In this document: positions 50,834 to 59,921 of the stretch, in pieces | Numbering within the stretch: the first letter of the stretch is position 1 | Layout: each line of letters begins with the position of its first letter | Assembly: GCA_035940775.1 (NCBI GenBank) | Contig: DASZEN010000028.1 | Span: 12,869 to 76,868 of the forward strand | DNA length: 64,000 nucleotides | From: Pyrinomonadaceae bacterium | GTDB taxonomy: Bacteria; Acidobacteriota; Blastocatellia; Pyrinomonadales; Pyrinomonadaceae | Direction: 5' to 3' | Notes under the pieces: generated by a model | The model's input: the letters and a program-made list of their open reading frames with translations, nothing else | Told to the model about the DNA's origin: nothing | Databases searched by the model: none | Program-made: the position numbers and the translations under genes

Positions 50834-50863
50834 TTGACGCTTTGGCGAGCGCGCCTTTATGAT
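50834..50863 (+). promoter_or_regulatory. candidate lexA promoter
   Basis: TTGACG (50834-50839), a 17-18-nt spacer, then TTATGAT (50857-50863), about 85 nt upstream of the lexA ATG. Confidence 0.4.
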
Positions 50864-50868
50864 GCCGA

Positions 50869-50887
50869 CTCGGAACACTTGTACGAG
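50869..50887. promoter_or_regulatory. candidate LexA operator (imperfect dyad CTCGGAACACTTGTACGAG)
   Basis: Lies just downstream of the candidate -10 element. It contains GAAC-N4-GTAC, one mismatch from the GAAC-N4-GTTC core of Cheo-type SOS boxes, flanked by CTCG/CGAG symmetry. Confidence 0.3.
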
Positions 50888-50945
50888 CGCTCCATTCGGC
50901 TGCTGCGGTAGTCCCACCCGTGTCCCCGTGAACCGGAGAGGTATT

Positions 50946-51569
50946 ATGCTGCCACGCACACAACGCCAGAAAGAGATACTGGACTACATCACGCGCTTCA
51001 TCGCGCGTCACGGTTACGAGCCTTCCTATGCGCAGATCGCGCGTCACTTCGGCGTCTCCTCCAAGGCCACCATCGCCAAGCATATCGCGGCGCTTGAGCG
51101 GCGCGGGCTGCTTTCGCGGCGGCGCGAGGACGGCGCTTTCAACCTCGCCGTCACCGTCGAAGACTCGCCGACGGACGCGACCTGTGAAGTGCCGCTGCTG
51201 GGCCGCATCGCCGCTGGCGCTCCCATTGATGCCGTCGAGGATGCACAGCCGATCAGCGTGCCTCGTTTCCTGCTGGGGCGTGTGCGGCCCGAGCGCGTCT
51301 ATGCGCTCAGGGTCAAGGGCGACTCGATGATTGACGAGCACATCTGCGACGGCGACATCGCGCTCATAGAGAATCGCACGGAGGCGCGCGACGGCGAGAT
51401 CGTCGTCGCTCTGGTCGAGGGCACGCGCGCGACCCTTAAGCGGCTCTACCGCTTCGGCCACGAAGTGGAGCTGCGACCGGCCAATTCACAACTGGCTCCG
51501 ATGCGCCTTCGTGCCTCGCAGGTGACGGTGCAGGGAATCTTTCGCGGGCTGCTGCGCCCGAGCGTGTAG
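50946..51569 (+). CDS. lexA: LexA repressor
   Basis: The wHTH region is QKEILDYITRFIARHGYEPSYAQIARHFGV. The Ala-Gly cleavage site is in LLGRIAAGAPI. The catalytic Ser is in VKGDSMID and the catalytic Lys in ATLKRLY. SD GGAGAGG is present. Confidence 0.9.
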   Translation: MLPRTQRQKEILDYITRFIARHGYEPSYAQIARHFGVSSKATIAKHIAALERRGLLSRRREDGAFNLAVTVEDSPTDATCEVPLLGRIAAGAPIDAVEDAQPISVPRFLLGRVRPERVYALRVKGDSMIDEHICDGDIALIENRTEARDGEIVVALVEGTRATLKRLYRFGHEVELRPANSQLAPMRLRASQVTVQGIFRGLLRPSV

Positions 51570-51627
51570 ACGCCTCCGAAGGCTCTTCAGGAAGCGAGCC
51601 CGCTCTCGCACACACACACTCTCTCTA

Positions 51628-52434
51628 TCACTTGAACCCGCCGTCAAGGCTTGCCCCGACGATGTCGAAGTGCGTGACGTGCGGCGGCCCCTCGTATCCT
51701 CTCAAAACTTCGATCAGGATGACGGCGATCCGGGGCTCGAAGGGGCTCCTCAAATATCCAAGCACTTTCATGTCCAGCGGCAGCGCCTCGTCCGGCTTGG
51801 AGGTCTGCTCGAAGATCGTCTTCCGTCCCCTTTGCTTCGAGGCGAGCTGAAGGACGGCCCCATTGATAATGCCGTAGTCCCTGTCGCCCTGCGTCTCTGT
51901 CGTCTTGAGGTCTGCCGTCAGTTGGTCGCCCATGTAGTTTGCCGGGAAGAGCAGGAACGCGAATCGCCTCTGCGGAATAATCCCGTGCTCCCTGAGCTTG
52001 CTTGAGAACAGTTCCCGCTTGTATCTCCAGAGAGAGGGAAGCGATTCGGGAGTCCTCTTTTTCAGCCTGTCCTGCAATTCGCTGCTGTCGTAGTCGAATT
52101 GCCATAGAACGGCATCGCTCTTGAGGTCTTTGATGGCCAGCCGGGCAAAGTAGCAGCCGCACGCCTCGTCGCCCGGCTCCAGATAGTAGGCGAGTTTTCC
52201 GTCCTTAGACCATCCCACGGGATAAAGCTTTTCGACGATCAATACTTCCCCCGGAAAACTTTTTCCATAGAAATCCGGAAAACGTCTTCTTATCAACCGC
52301 TCCAGTTTCACTTCCGCCGGGGGACGATAGAGCGTCTTACGCCCCGCGTTTTGAGCGCTTGCGACGGGGCTTGCCATAGTGAGATAGGCGGCGACCGTGA
52401 GGATGATCGAGACGAGCGATTTTCCTGAAATCAT
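51628..52434 (-). CDS. secreted hypothetical protein
   Basis: Start placed at MISGKSLVSIILTVAAYLTMASPVASAQ, which gives a signal peptide. It is somewhat AT-richer than its neighbours. No family recognised. Confidence 0.6.
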   Translation of the reverse strand: MISGKSLVSIILTVAAYLTMASPVASAQNAGRKTLYRPPAEVKLERLIRRRFPDFYGKSFPGEVLIVEKLYPVGWSKDGKLAYYLEPGDEACGCYFARLAIKDLKSDAVLWQFDYDSSELQDRLKKRTPESLPSLWRYKRELFSSKLREHGIIPQRRFAFLLFPANYMGDQLTADLKTTETQGDRDYGIINGAVLQLASKQRGRKTIFEQTSKPDEALPLDMKVLGYLRSPFEPRIAVILIEVLRGYEGPPHVTHFDIVGASLDGGFK

Positions 52435-52640
52435 GGGCCGATCCCTTTCATGCTGAATTAAAGAGCGAGTCCTATGGCCCGGGCCATCGCCTGGGCCATA
52501 CACAGGGAAGAGCGATGAGGAGTATACTAAGCGCCAGAGCTTTCGTACCAGCTTCAGTTATCATGCACGGGCGCGGGCGGCGATCAGGCGGTTCATTTTC
52601 ATCATTGCAAACTTTATCAGGCGACGGAGATTCCAACGCT

Positions 52641-53471
52641 ATGGAAGAAAACCGGGAGGTAGTGCTGCGCAGCATCTACGTCTACCCCGTGAAATCGCTG
52701 AAGGGCATGGCGCTCGAAGAGGCCAGGGTCGAGCCGCGCGGTTTGCAATACGACCGCAGGTGGATGCTCGTCGATAAGGGCAACACGTTCATCACCCAGC
52801 GCGAGCGCCCGCGCATGGCGATGATCTCAGTCCGCCCGGAAGCGGAAGGCTTGAGGGCCAGCGCCGGTGGGATGGAGGATTTATTGATACCCTATGAGCC
52901 GGAACAGTCTTCGGCGCGCGTGCAGGTCAAGGTATGGAGAAGCGTCTGCGGAGCGCTCGTCGCCGGACGCGAGGTCAACGAATGGTTCAGCCGCTTTCTA
53001 CAGCTTCCGTGCAGGCTGGTCTACATGCCTGACGACGTTCGGCGCGCCGTCAATCCGGTCTATGCGGTCAATCGCAGCATCGTCAGTTTCGCCGACGGGT
53101 ATCCCTTCCACGTGTTCGGTGAAGCGTCGCTCGCAGACCTCAACGAGCGGCTGGACGCGCCCGTTCCCGTCAATCGCTTTCGCCCCAACTTCGTGCTTTC
53201 GGGCGCGGCGGCCTTCGCCGAGGACGATTGGAAGAGAATCAAGATCGGCGACACGCTCTTTCACGTCGTCAAGCCGTGTGATCGCTGCGTCATAACGACG
53301 ACCGACCAGGAGAGAGGCGTGCCGACCGGCAGGGAGCCTCTGAAGACGCTGGCGACATACCGCACCGTGAGCAACAAGGTTCTATTCGGCCAGTACCTCG
53401 TCGCCGAGAGATACGGCGGCCAACTTCGCATCGGAGACAGAGTGGAAATCATCTCTCGGAAAGGGCAGTAG
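52641..53471 (+). CDS. MOSC-domain protein (YcbX-like: MOSC_N + MOSC)
   Basis: Motifs IYVYPVKSLKGMALEEARVEPRGLQYDRRWMLVD, RFRPNFVL and VKPCDRCVITTTDQ (conserved Cys). Confidence 0.85.
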   Translation: MEENREVVLRSIYVYPVKSLKGMALEEARVEPRGLQYDRRWMLVDKGNTFITQRERPRMAMISVRPEAEGLRASAGGMEDLLIPYEPEQSSARVQVKVWRSVCGALVAGREVNEWFSRFLQLPCRLVYMPDDVRRAVNPVYAVNRSIVSFADGYPFHVFGEASLADLNERLDAPVPVNRFRPNFVLSGAAAFAEDDWKRIKIGDTLFHVVKPCDRCVITTTDQERGVPTGREPLKTLATYRTVSNKVLFGQYLVAERYGGQLRIGDRVEIISRKGQ

Positions 53472-53492
53472 GGTTTTCCTTTGGCGTTCACA

Positions 53493-54326
53493 ATGAATAA
53501 GAATGAAGAGACAGTTGTCGAGCAGGAATACGTCCTCGGGACGGACGATGACGAGCTGGTTCGTCTCGGCCTTCAGCACCAGTTATGGTTGGAGCAGGCG
53601 GCGCGCAGTTGGGAGCGCGCGGGCTTTGGGCCCGGCGATACGCTGCTCGACGTGGGCTGCGGCCCCGGTTACGTGAGCTTTGAGTTGTCACGCCTCGTCG
53701 GCACCGAGGGCCGCGTGATCGCCGTCGACGTGTCGCAGCGCTTCATCAATTACCTGCGCTCGCAGATAGAGACGCGCCGCGTCGGCAACATCACGACCAG
53801 AGTGGGCGATGTGGTGCATTTGGAGCTGGCCGAGGAAAGCCTCGACGGAGCATACGCGCGCTGGGTGCTCTGCTTCGTAGAGGAGCCGGAAGCTGTCGTC
53901 GCGGCGGTGGCGCGCGCGCTCAGGCCCGGAAAATCCTTCGTCGTCCAGGACTACTTCAATTACGAGGCCGCCGTCATCGCCCCCAGAGACGAGATTTTCG
54001 ACCACATCTTCAGGGTCGTCGGCGAATCCTTTCGGATACGCAAAGGCAGTCCTGAGGTCGGAAGCGACGTCCCATCCATGATGGCTCGGTGCGGGTTGCG
54101 GGTCAAAGAGATCAACCCGCTCATACGTATCGCCAGGCCCGGCACGGCGCTCTGGCAGTGGCCCGCGACCTTTTTCAAAAACTATCTTCCGGTGCTTTTA
54201 GAGACGGGGATGATTGACGAAACGGAGAAGGAGACGTTTGAGAGGAAGTGGGAGGAACGCACAAGGGATGCCGGAGCCTTTTTCTGTACGCCACCGATGG
54301 CCGAGATCATAGGGGTCAAAAGCTAG
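53493..54326 (+). CDS. class I SAM-dependent methyltransferase
   Basis: Motif I is LLDVGCGPGYVSFEL, with downstream VIAVDVS and LRPGKSFVVQD. The ATG at 53493 is preferred; the TTG at 53481 is possible. Confidence 0.8.
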   Translation: MNKNEETVVEQEYVLGTDDDELVRLGLQHQLWLEQAARSWERAGFGPGDTLLDVGCGPGYVSFELSRLVGTEGRVIAVDVSQRFINYLRSQIETRRVGNITTRVGDVVHLELAEESLDGAYARWVLCFVEEPEAVVAAVARALRPGKSFVVQDYFNYEAAVIAPRDEIFDHIFRVVGESFRIRKGSPEVGSDVPSMMARCGLRVKEINPLIRIARPGTALWQWPATFFKNYLPVLLETGMIDETEKETFERKWEERTRDAGAFFCTPPMAEIIGVKS

Positions 54327-54350
54327 AGGGCCGCACGACCCATTGGCGCG

Positions 54351-54851
54351 ATGAGAATAGTCAGGGATACGGGAAGCCACTTTGAGCTGGATGACGAGCG
54401 CTCGCTGGCGCTGATGAATGGGCTGCTCGCGCGGCCGCTCTTCGCGCATCTGGCGACCGCCTCCGAGCTTGGCCCGAGGGAATCGCCCGTCTGGTTTTTG
54501 TGGGAGGATGAAGCGCTCTGGATCATCGGAAACTATCGCACGGATAGTTTCCCGGCGCGCATCGAGCGCGACGCGCGCTGCGCCGTCGGCATCGTAGACT
54601 TCGACGCGGGCGCGGGCCTGGTTCAGCACCTGGGCTTTCGCGGTCGCGCCCGTCTTGTGCCCCTCGACCGGCAGAGAATGAAGCGCCTGTTGAGCCGGTA
54701 TCTGGGCGAAGAAACTTCTGCGTGGGATCAGCGCTTCGTCGAGATACTTGACGACGCGGATTTTGTTTTCGTCCGCTTCGAGCCGGAGACGGCGGTCGTC
54801 CGCGACCAGTCATACCTTGTCACTGAAAGCGCCCGCGCTTCTGAAAGGTAA
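54351..54851 (+). CDS. pyridoxamine 5'-phosphate oxidase-family (split-barrel flavin-binding) protein
   Basis: 166 aa. FAHLATASELGPRESPVWFLWEDEALWIIG is the typical PPOX-class pattern. Confidence 0.7.
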   Translation: MRIVRDTGSHFELDDERSLALMNGLLARPLFAHLATASELGPRESPVWFLWEDEALWIIGNYRTDSFPARIERDARCAVGIVDFDAGAGLVQHLGFRGRARLVPLDRQRMKRLLSRYLGEETSAWDQRFVEILDDADFVFVRFEPETAVVRDQSYLVTESARASER

Positions 54852-54910
54852 ATCCAAGCGTGCCCCGCCGCAGCGATTTTTTGCGGGAACGCCTTTAAGC
54901 GAGGTTCCAG

Positions 54911-55417
54911 ATGAGCACAGCAACGGGAGCATCCGGTTTGAGAATCGAAGAGGCGCGCGAGGTGGATGTCCCTTTGATTCTCTCTTTCATCAAAGAGCTG
55001 GCAGAGTATGAGCGCATGGCGCATGAAGTCAGGGCGACCGTGGAGCTGCTGCGGGAGTCGTTATTCGGTGAGCGGGCGATGGCCGAGGTTCGTATCGCTT
55101 ACGACGACGAGCGCGCGGTCGGCTTCGCCCTCTTTTTTCATAACTTCTCGACCTTCATGGGTCGGCCCGGAATCTATCTCGAAGACCTTTACGTGCAGCC
55201 GCACGCGCGCGGCAAGGGCGTCGGGCGCGCTCTTCTGGCCGATCTCGCGCGACTGGCGAAGGAGCGCGGCTGCGCTCGTCTGGAATGGGCCGTGCTCGAC
55301 TGGAACGAACCGGCGATCAACTTTTATAAGGGTCTCGGGGCCGTTCCGATGGACGAGTGGACGATCTTTCGGGTCACGGGCGACTCGCTCGACGCTCTGG
55401 CCGCGAAGGCTCGTTGA
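54911..55417 (+). CDS. GNAT-family N-acetyltransferase
   Basis: 168 aa. Acetyl-CoA motif YVQPHARGKGVGRALL, with C-terminal FYKGLGA. Confidence 0.85.
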   Translation: MSTATGASGLRIEEAREVDVPLILSFIKELAEYERMAHEVRATVELLRESLFGERAMAEVRIAYDDERAVGFALFFHNFSTFMGRPGIYLEDLYVQPHARGKGVGRALLADLARLAKERGCARLEWAVLDWNEPAINFYKGLGAVPMDEWTIFRVTGDSLDALAAKAR

Positions 55418-55541
55418 ATGAGGGCTGTGGATGCGCGCGAGCGCGGTCTGGAATCTGTAAGCGCGCTCTCTACAGCGCGCCGCCGGGAACTTCAGGAGCG
55501 CGCCGCGCGTAGTCCCACGCCTTTAAAAAAGGAGCTTTGAA

Positions 55542-56546
55542 GTGAAGCTAACAGTCCTGATTCTTTGCGCGCTGCTTCAGGCGATGATTCTGTCCGTCGG
55601 CGGCGGCCAAAACGCGCGCCCTGCGTGGCCGGGCCCGTCCGCCTTGAAAGACAAAACCGCGACCGGCATCCGTTTCGTTCCGCTCAACAAAGACGCCTTG
55701 AATGACGCGCTCCGGCAACCGGAAGGAATGCTCAGGGTGGGCTTGATGCCCGTCGCGCAAAGAGCGTCGACGCAGACCGCCTCACAGAAATGTCCCCAAC
55801 TGGTCATCGCCTGCCCGCTCTACATCGTAGAGCAGGACACACAACTCAGATTCTCAGCGCTGGTCGCCGGGCGCGATCCCCAATCGGAACTGGCCTACAC
55901 CTGGAAGCTTTCGAGCGGCACGATCAACGACGGACAGGGAACAGCTTCGATCACAGTCAACACGGTGGGACTGGCCGGACGGCGCATCATCGCGACCGTA
56001 AAGGTCAACGGGCTCAGTCGAGAATGCCAGAACACGGTCTCTTGCGATGTGGAGGTTGCGAGGCAGCGGCGGGCGCGCCAGCAGCCGGACACCGGGACGG
56101 AGGCGCGTCAACCAGAGATGATGGAAGTACGCCCTTCCGATACCGCCGAAGTGCGCCCGCCCGAGATGATGGAGGTACGCCCGTCCGATTCGACAGCTTC
56201 GACGGCAGCGGTGCGTCGCCTGGATGTTTACGGCGACCTTCTCTTCGAGGCGGAGAAGACGCGGCTCGCGGGCTTCGCCAGGCAGCTACGCAGGGAGCCG
56301 GACGCGCAAGGGTACATAATCGTTTACGGCGGACAATGCAGCTCCGAGACGCAGGCACGCGAACGCGCCGAGCGCGCCAAAGAATGGCTCATTAACCGGC
56401 ATGAGATAGACGCCAGCCGCATCGTCATCATCGACGGCGGATACCGCGAAAAATGGACGACGGAGATTTTCATAGGGCCTATCGACGCGGCTTTGCCGGA
56501 ACTGACGGCCTCCGTCCGGCCGCTCGATCAATCGCGCTGCAAGTGA
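55542..56546 (+). CDS. secreted hypothetical protein with Ig-like region and 16-aa tandem repeat
   Basis: GTG start with AAGGAG 7 nt upstream, and a signal peptide. The repeat reads PEMMEVRPSDTAEVRP / PEMMEVRPSDSTASTA. The C-terminal block is GYIIVYGGQCSSETQARERAERAKEWLINRHEIDASRIVIIDGGY. Confidence 0.6.
   Translation: MKLTVLILCALLQAMILSVGGGQNARPAWPGPSALKDKTATGIRFVPLNKDALNDALRQPEGMLRVGLMPVAQRASTQTASQKCPQLVIACPLYIVEQDTQLRFSALVAGRDPQSELAYTWKLSSGTINDGQGTASITVNTVGLAGRRIIATVKVNGLSRECQNTVSCDVEVARQRRARQQPDTGTEARQPEMMEVRPSDTAEVRPPEMMEVRPSDSTASTAAVRRLDVYGDLLFEAEKTRLAGFARQLRREPDAQGYIIVYGGQCSSETQARERAERAKEWLINRHEIDASRIVIIDGGYREKWTTEIFIGPIDAALPELTASVRPLDQSRCK
56112..56189 (+). repeat. 48-nt tandem coding repeat
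   Basis: CCAGAGATGATGGAAGTACGCCCTTCCGAT at 56112 and CCCGAGATGATGGAGGTACGCCCGTCCGAT at 56160. Confidence 0.85.
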
Positions 56547-56689
56547 TAATCGTACGCGGTGGGCCAATGCGGATATGACTCTCCGCCAACGGCGCATCAG
56601 GCGAGGGCGAACGTAAAAGAGCGGCGAGGTGTGATTCTCGCCGCTCTTTTACGCAGACCGTGTGCGTGCCAAAATGCTTCGCGCCGCTG

Positions 56690-57199
56690 CTATTCAACCT
56701 GGGCTGTGCCCTTACCGTTTTCGTAGTGCAGGGTGACCTTTGAGATTTCGAGCAGGTTGAGATTCTCCCATTCGATGGCGTTGCCCTTGGAATCCTCAAC
56801 CCTCAAGTCCCACAGGGGAGCCTTCTCGCTGCGATTAAACTTGATATCGACGCTCTCGCCGCTCGGCAGCGTATCGCGACCGAGGATGTCTTCCTCCCAA
56901 TCGTCAACGCCGTGCGGGGAGATGTAAAGCTTATCGATCTCCACGCCCGTCGCATTAACCAGGGTGAAGTCCTGTGCTGCTCCCGCCGTACTCGAAGTGT
57001 TCGAGGTGTTCGCGGCAGCCGTGTTTGAAGTTGCCGTGTTGGCTGTATTAGTGGCCGGTGGAGTCGTCCTGTTGGACGTGTTCGATGTCGTGCTGGTTGT
57101 GCTCGTGTTCGTCGTCTGGTTGGCCGTGCCGGGTGACGTGCAGGCTCCGGCTACGAATAGGGCGACGACCAGGCCGCACAGTAGTGCCTTGTTCTTCAT
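56690..57199 (-). CDS. lipoprotein with Thr/Asn/Ser-rich linker
   Basis: 169 aa: MKNKALLCGLVVALFVAGAC (lipobox), a low-complexity linker of about 50 aa (NTSTTSTTSNTSN...), then a 100-aa globular domain. Confidence 0.7.
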   Translation of the reverse strand: MKNKALLCGLVVALFVAGACTSPGTANQTTNTSTTSTTSNTSNRTTPPATNTANTATSNTAAANTSNTSSTAGAAQDFTLVNATGVEIDKLYISPHGVDDWEEDILGRDTLPSGESVDIKFNRSEKAPLWDLRVEDSKGNAIEWENLNLLEISKVTLHYENGKGTAQVE

Positions 57200-57572
57200 T
57201 TATTGTTCTCGCTTTCCTTAAACAGAATAGTTCTTAGTGGTCGGGTTCGGTTCAGAGTTTCGCCCCTCATAGCCTTTTCCTTACGGTCGCCATAGCTCCG
57301 GCTCAAGACCAATCCAAAGGCGTATCGGCCCCAACACCTCTGAAGTCAAACGAGGTGCTAAAAACACTGGGACATAAAAGGCCGCTCGGTGATATTTTCC
57401 AATTGTCGGACTCGAAGAGCTTGCAGACTCTAAGCCAGATAGGGCGAGAAGTCAACTCTGCTCCCCGAGAGTAGCACTCGCTATTGATTTGTCTCATACT
57501 TACAGGCCGGTCATACTCGCTACAGTCGGGGGCGCGTGCGCGCTCTCTCTACCGGCTGCGCCGCCCGTCGTA

Positions 57573-58346
57573 ATGGAGAAGCTGTGGATGCAACTTGAAG
57601 GCAAATCGAGACGCCTGCGCGAACGCCTGGAGATGCCTCTGCCCGTCCGCGTTCATTGTCGGGAGAGCGCAGATCACGGCTGGGTCGAGAAGACGCGGCT
57701 GATTGACATCACCCCCTTCGGCGCGCGCCTCACCATCGGGCGGCCTACGGAGACGGGCCGACTCCTGCACCTGACCATGCCCTTGCCGAGTCAGCTTCGC
57801 TCGTTCGATTACGGGGACGAGCAATATAACGTCTGGTCTCTCGTCCGCCATGCCGCGCCGCTCGCGTCCCAGGGCGGGCGACTGCCGCGCTTTGAGATCG
57901 GCGTCGCATTCATCGGCAAACAAGCGCCGCTCAGCTTTGAAACAGACCCTTCGCAGCGTTACGAGATAGCGGGCGCTCCGGCGGCGGAAAAACTCTGGCA
58001 CATGCGCGAGCGGTTTGAGGCCGAGGCGACGAGCGCTCCATACGGCGAACGACGGGCGGATGCGCGCCGCGTGCTGGCCGTCGATGTCCTGATCGAAGTC
58101 TACGACGAGAACGGAAAAGTGTTCGCCACCGAGGAGACCGCGACCGAGAATATCAGTCGTCGCGGGATGGCCGTCACGACCCGGCTCAATATCGTGCGCG
58201 GACGGTATGTGAGAGTCAGCAGCGCGCACTACGATATAGCCGTCTTCGCCGCCGTCCGCAGGCTGCGCAAAGGGGCGGACGGCCTCGCGCGCCTGCACCT
58301 TGAGTTTGTAGACAAACAATGGCCACCTCTCGAAGAAAGCCCTTGA
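57573..58346 (+). CDS. tandem PilZ-domain protein
   Basis: There are two PilZ-like halves. The second carries canonical RRADARR ... ENISRRGMAV (RxxxR / DxSxxG type). The first has SRRLRERL ... DITPFGARL. The start is uncertain (57489 TTG, 57573 ATG or 57588 ATG). Confidence 0.7.
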   Translation: MEKLWMQLEGKSRRLRERLEMPLPVRVHCRESADHGWVEKTRLIDITPFGARLTIGRPTETGRLLHLTMPLPSQLRSFDYGDEQYNVWSLVRHAAPLASQGGRLPRFEIGVAFIGKQAPLSFETDPSQRYEIAGAPAAEKLWHMRERFEAEATSAPYGERRADARRVLAVDVLIEVYDENGKVFATEETATENISRRGMAVTTRLNIVRGRYVRVSSAHYDIAVFAAVRRLRKGADGLARLHLEFVDKQWPPLEESP

Positions 58347-58405
58347 TAATAAGGGAGCCCTGAGCATTATAAAAAGAATCCGCGTCGAAACTACGAGCGC
58401 AATAA

Positions 58406-58682
58406 AGCGACATTCATAGAAACCGGCTGTGGCTTTATAGCTTCCTTAAAACGAAACAATGTGAATGGGAAGGGTGTACCGTTAATGACCCTGACATGCT
58501 CATGCTCGACCATATAAAACCTGCTGAAAAACGAAACCATGTCAGTAGTACGGTACACGCCTCATTCAGCCTGAAAAAGCATTCAGGAAGAGGTGGCGAA
58601 GCGTCGTGTATTGCGCGCCCGTCATCACCACGTACATACTATTCAGCAGTTCGGTTATAAGAAATGGCTCGTTGAAGATTGA
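58406..58682 (+). pseudogene. HNH endonuclease relic (frameshifted, Zn-Cys residues lost)
   Basis: Frame 1 reads ...LYSFLKTKQCEWEGCTVNDPDMLMLDHIKPAEKRNHVSS... After a -1 shift it continues SIQEEVAKRRVLRARHHHVHTIQQFGYKKW*. This matches the C..C-LEFDH-K...EI.KC.VLCANCHR.HT layout of small HNH nucleases, with three Cys replaced by R, R and H. It ends 55 nt from the tRNA-Thr 3' end. Confidence 0.45.
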
Positions 58683-58736
58683 AGCTCAAAGGAGTTTGCC
58701 GTATAACTGATGAACAGCTATACGGCAACTAAAATT

Positions 58737-58812
58737 TGGAGCCACCTTGCGGACTTGAACCGCAGACCTGTCGATTACGAATCGACTGCTCTACCAACTG
58801 AGCTAAGGTGGC
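58737..58812 (-). tRNA. tRNA-Thr: tRNA-Thr (anticodon CGU), CCA encoded
   Basis: The minus strand reads GCCACCTTAGCTCAGTTGGTAGAGCAGTCGATTCGTAATCGACAGGTCTGCGGTTCAAGTCCGCAAGGTGGCTCCA. It has a 7-bp acceptor stem, D-arm GCTC/GAGC, anticodon stem GTCGA/TCGAC with loop TTCGTAA, and T-arm TGCGG/CCGCA with TTCAAGT. Confidence 0.95.
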
Positions 58813-58904
58813 CTGTGATGTAAGGCGAATATACGAATGCGCGGCGCTCACTGTCAAGCAGCGAGGCCGTGACGCGCGGTGACACGAGGAGGAATGTAAA
58901 AGGG

Positions 58905-59396
58905 ATGCCCAAAGATAAGAACCTGGCAAAGCATAAGAGCCGTTTCGAGGTGCGCGGCGGTGTCATCAACGAGTTCGATTTCAACCAGAATCAGGGCGCG
59001 CTGGCCGAGGAAGAGAAGGATCGCTTCGCGCGGCGGGAAGAGGAGCGACAACTGCGTGAGGGAGAGACAGAATCGCCCGCGCCGCAAGCCGAGGCCGAGC
59101 GTATACAGCAGTTGACGGCAGAGGTTCACGAGCAAGTCCAACAGCGCAGGGAGAAGGAATCCGATAAGGGATCAACGCAAGGCGCGTCTCGGGGAGCGCG
59201 ACGCGGCGGTGGCGGCGGTGGTGCGAAGAAGGCGGCGAAGTCGGCTGCCAAAGGAAGAACGGCGGGCGCGAGTAAAAAGGGTGCGGCGAAGAAATCGGCC
59301 GCCGGGAAGGGCGCTGCCGGAAAATCCACGGTCAGAAAGGCCGCAGCGGGTAAGGACGGGACGCGCGCGACGCGAAAATCCTCGCGGGCACGCTAG
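58905..59396 (+). CDS. hypothetical protein with histone H1-like Lys/Ala/Gly-rich C-terminal tail
   Basis: MPKDKNLAKHKSRFEVRGGVINEFDFNQNQ... is followed by an acidic/Gln helix. The tail reads GGGGGGAKKAAKSAAKGRTAGASKKGAAKKSAAGKGAAGKSTVRKAAAGK. AGGAGG lies upstream. Confidence 0.6.
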   Translation: MPKDKNLAKHKSRFEVRGGVINEFDFNQNQGALAEEEKDRFARREEERQLREGETESPAPQAEAERIQQLTAEVHEQVQQRREKESDKGSTQGASRGARRGGGGGGAKKAAKSAAKGRTAGASKKGAAKKSAAGKGAAGKSTVRKAAAGKDGTRATRKSSRAR

Positions 59397-59476
59397 TCTT
59401 CTCTAATCCTCGCGGGCGCGCTGGTCGTCTGTAACATTGACTTGGAGCTTAACGCATGACACAGCGGAGGAAAGGT

Positions 59477-59641
59477 ATGAGCGAAACGGCGCAGGAGAAC
59501 GCGGGCGGCGCGGGTGCTGACAAAAGCAGAGACGATGAGGAGAACGAGCTGGAAGCCGAACAGGAATCGGCGGCGGCGATGGACGCGGACGTGCCCCAGC
59601 CGCCCGACGCAGACCAGACCACAGAAGGCCAGCCATCCTAA
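59477..59641 (+). CDS. small highly acidic hypothetical protein
   Basis: 54 aa: MSETAQENAGGAGADKSRDDEENELEAEQESAAAMDADVPQPPDADQTTEGQPS. SD GGAGGA lies 5 nt upstream of the ATG. The composition is low complexity, so coding status is uncertain. Confidence 0.4.
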   Translation: MSETAQENAGGAGADKSRDDEENELEAEQESAAAMDADVPQPPDADQTTEGQPS

Positions 59642-59921
59642 GACCACGCGCACAGAGAGAGAGCCGAAGTGGCGGAGAACCCGAAGGGCAGGGTCGTGCC
59701 GGAGGCGGAAGGCGGAGAGGGGCGTGCACAGGTTTTTGCTGGCTTCCGCTTTACGCCTTTCGTTTTCTATTAGGGCGCGAGCCCGAGCGGGCTGCGGAAT
59801 CGAAGCCCGCTCGGGGACGGGCAACGCCACGCCGAGGAAACCCAACCAATAGGAAGCACGTAAGGAGCTATTGAAAGCGACAGCGCAAGTGCAATCGTGC
59901 CCTCGTCCTGAGCGAAATCTA

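Noticed and set aside
51609-51628. (CA)5(CT)4 dinucleotide run between lexA and the convergent gene
   Set aside because: It is short and lies in a convergent 3' intergenic spacer with no obvious function. It is noted only as a possible slippage site.
57400-57480. tRNA-like fragment suggested by TTCGAGTCC (reverse complement of GGACTCGAA) upstream of the PilZ gene, considered as a possible att or tRNA remnant
   Set aside because: The flanking bases do not form a T-stem or acceptor stem, and no cloverleaf can be drawn.
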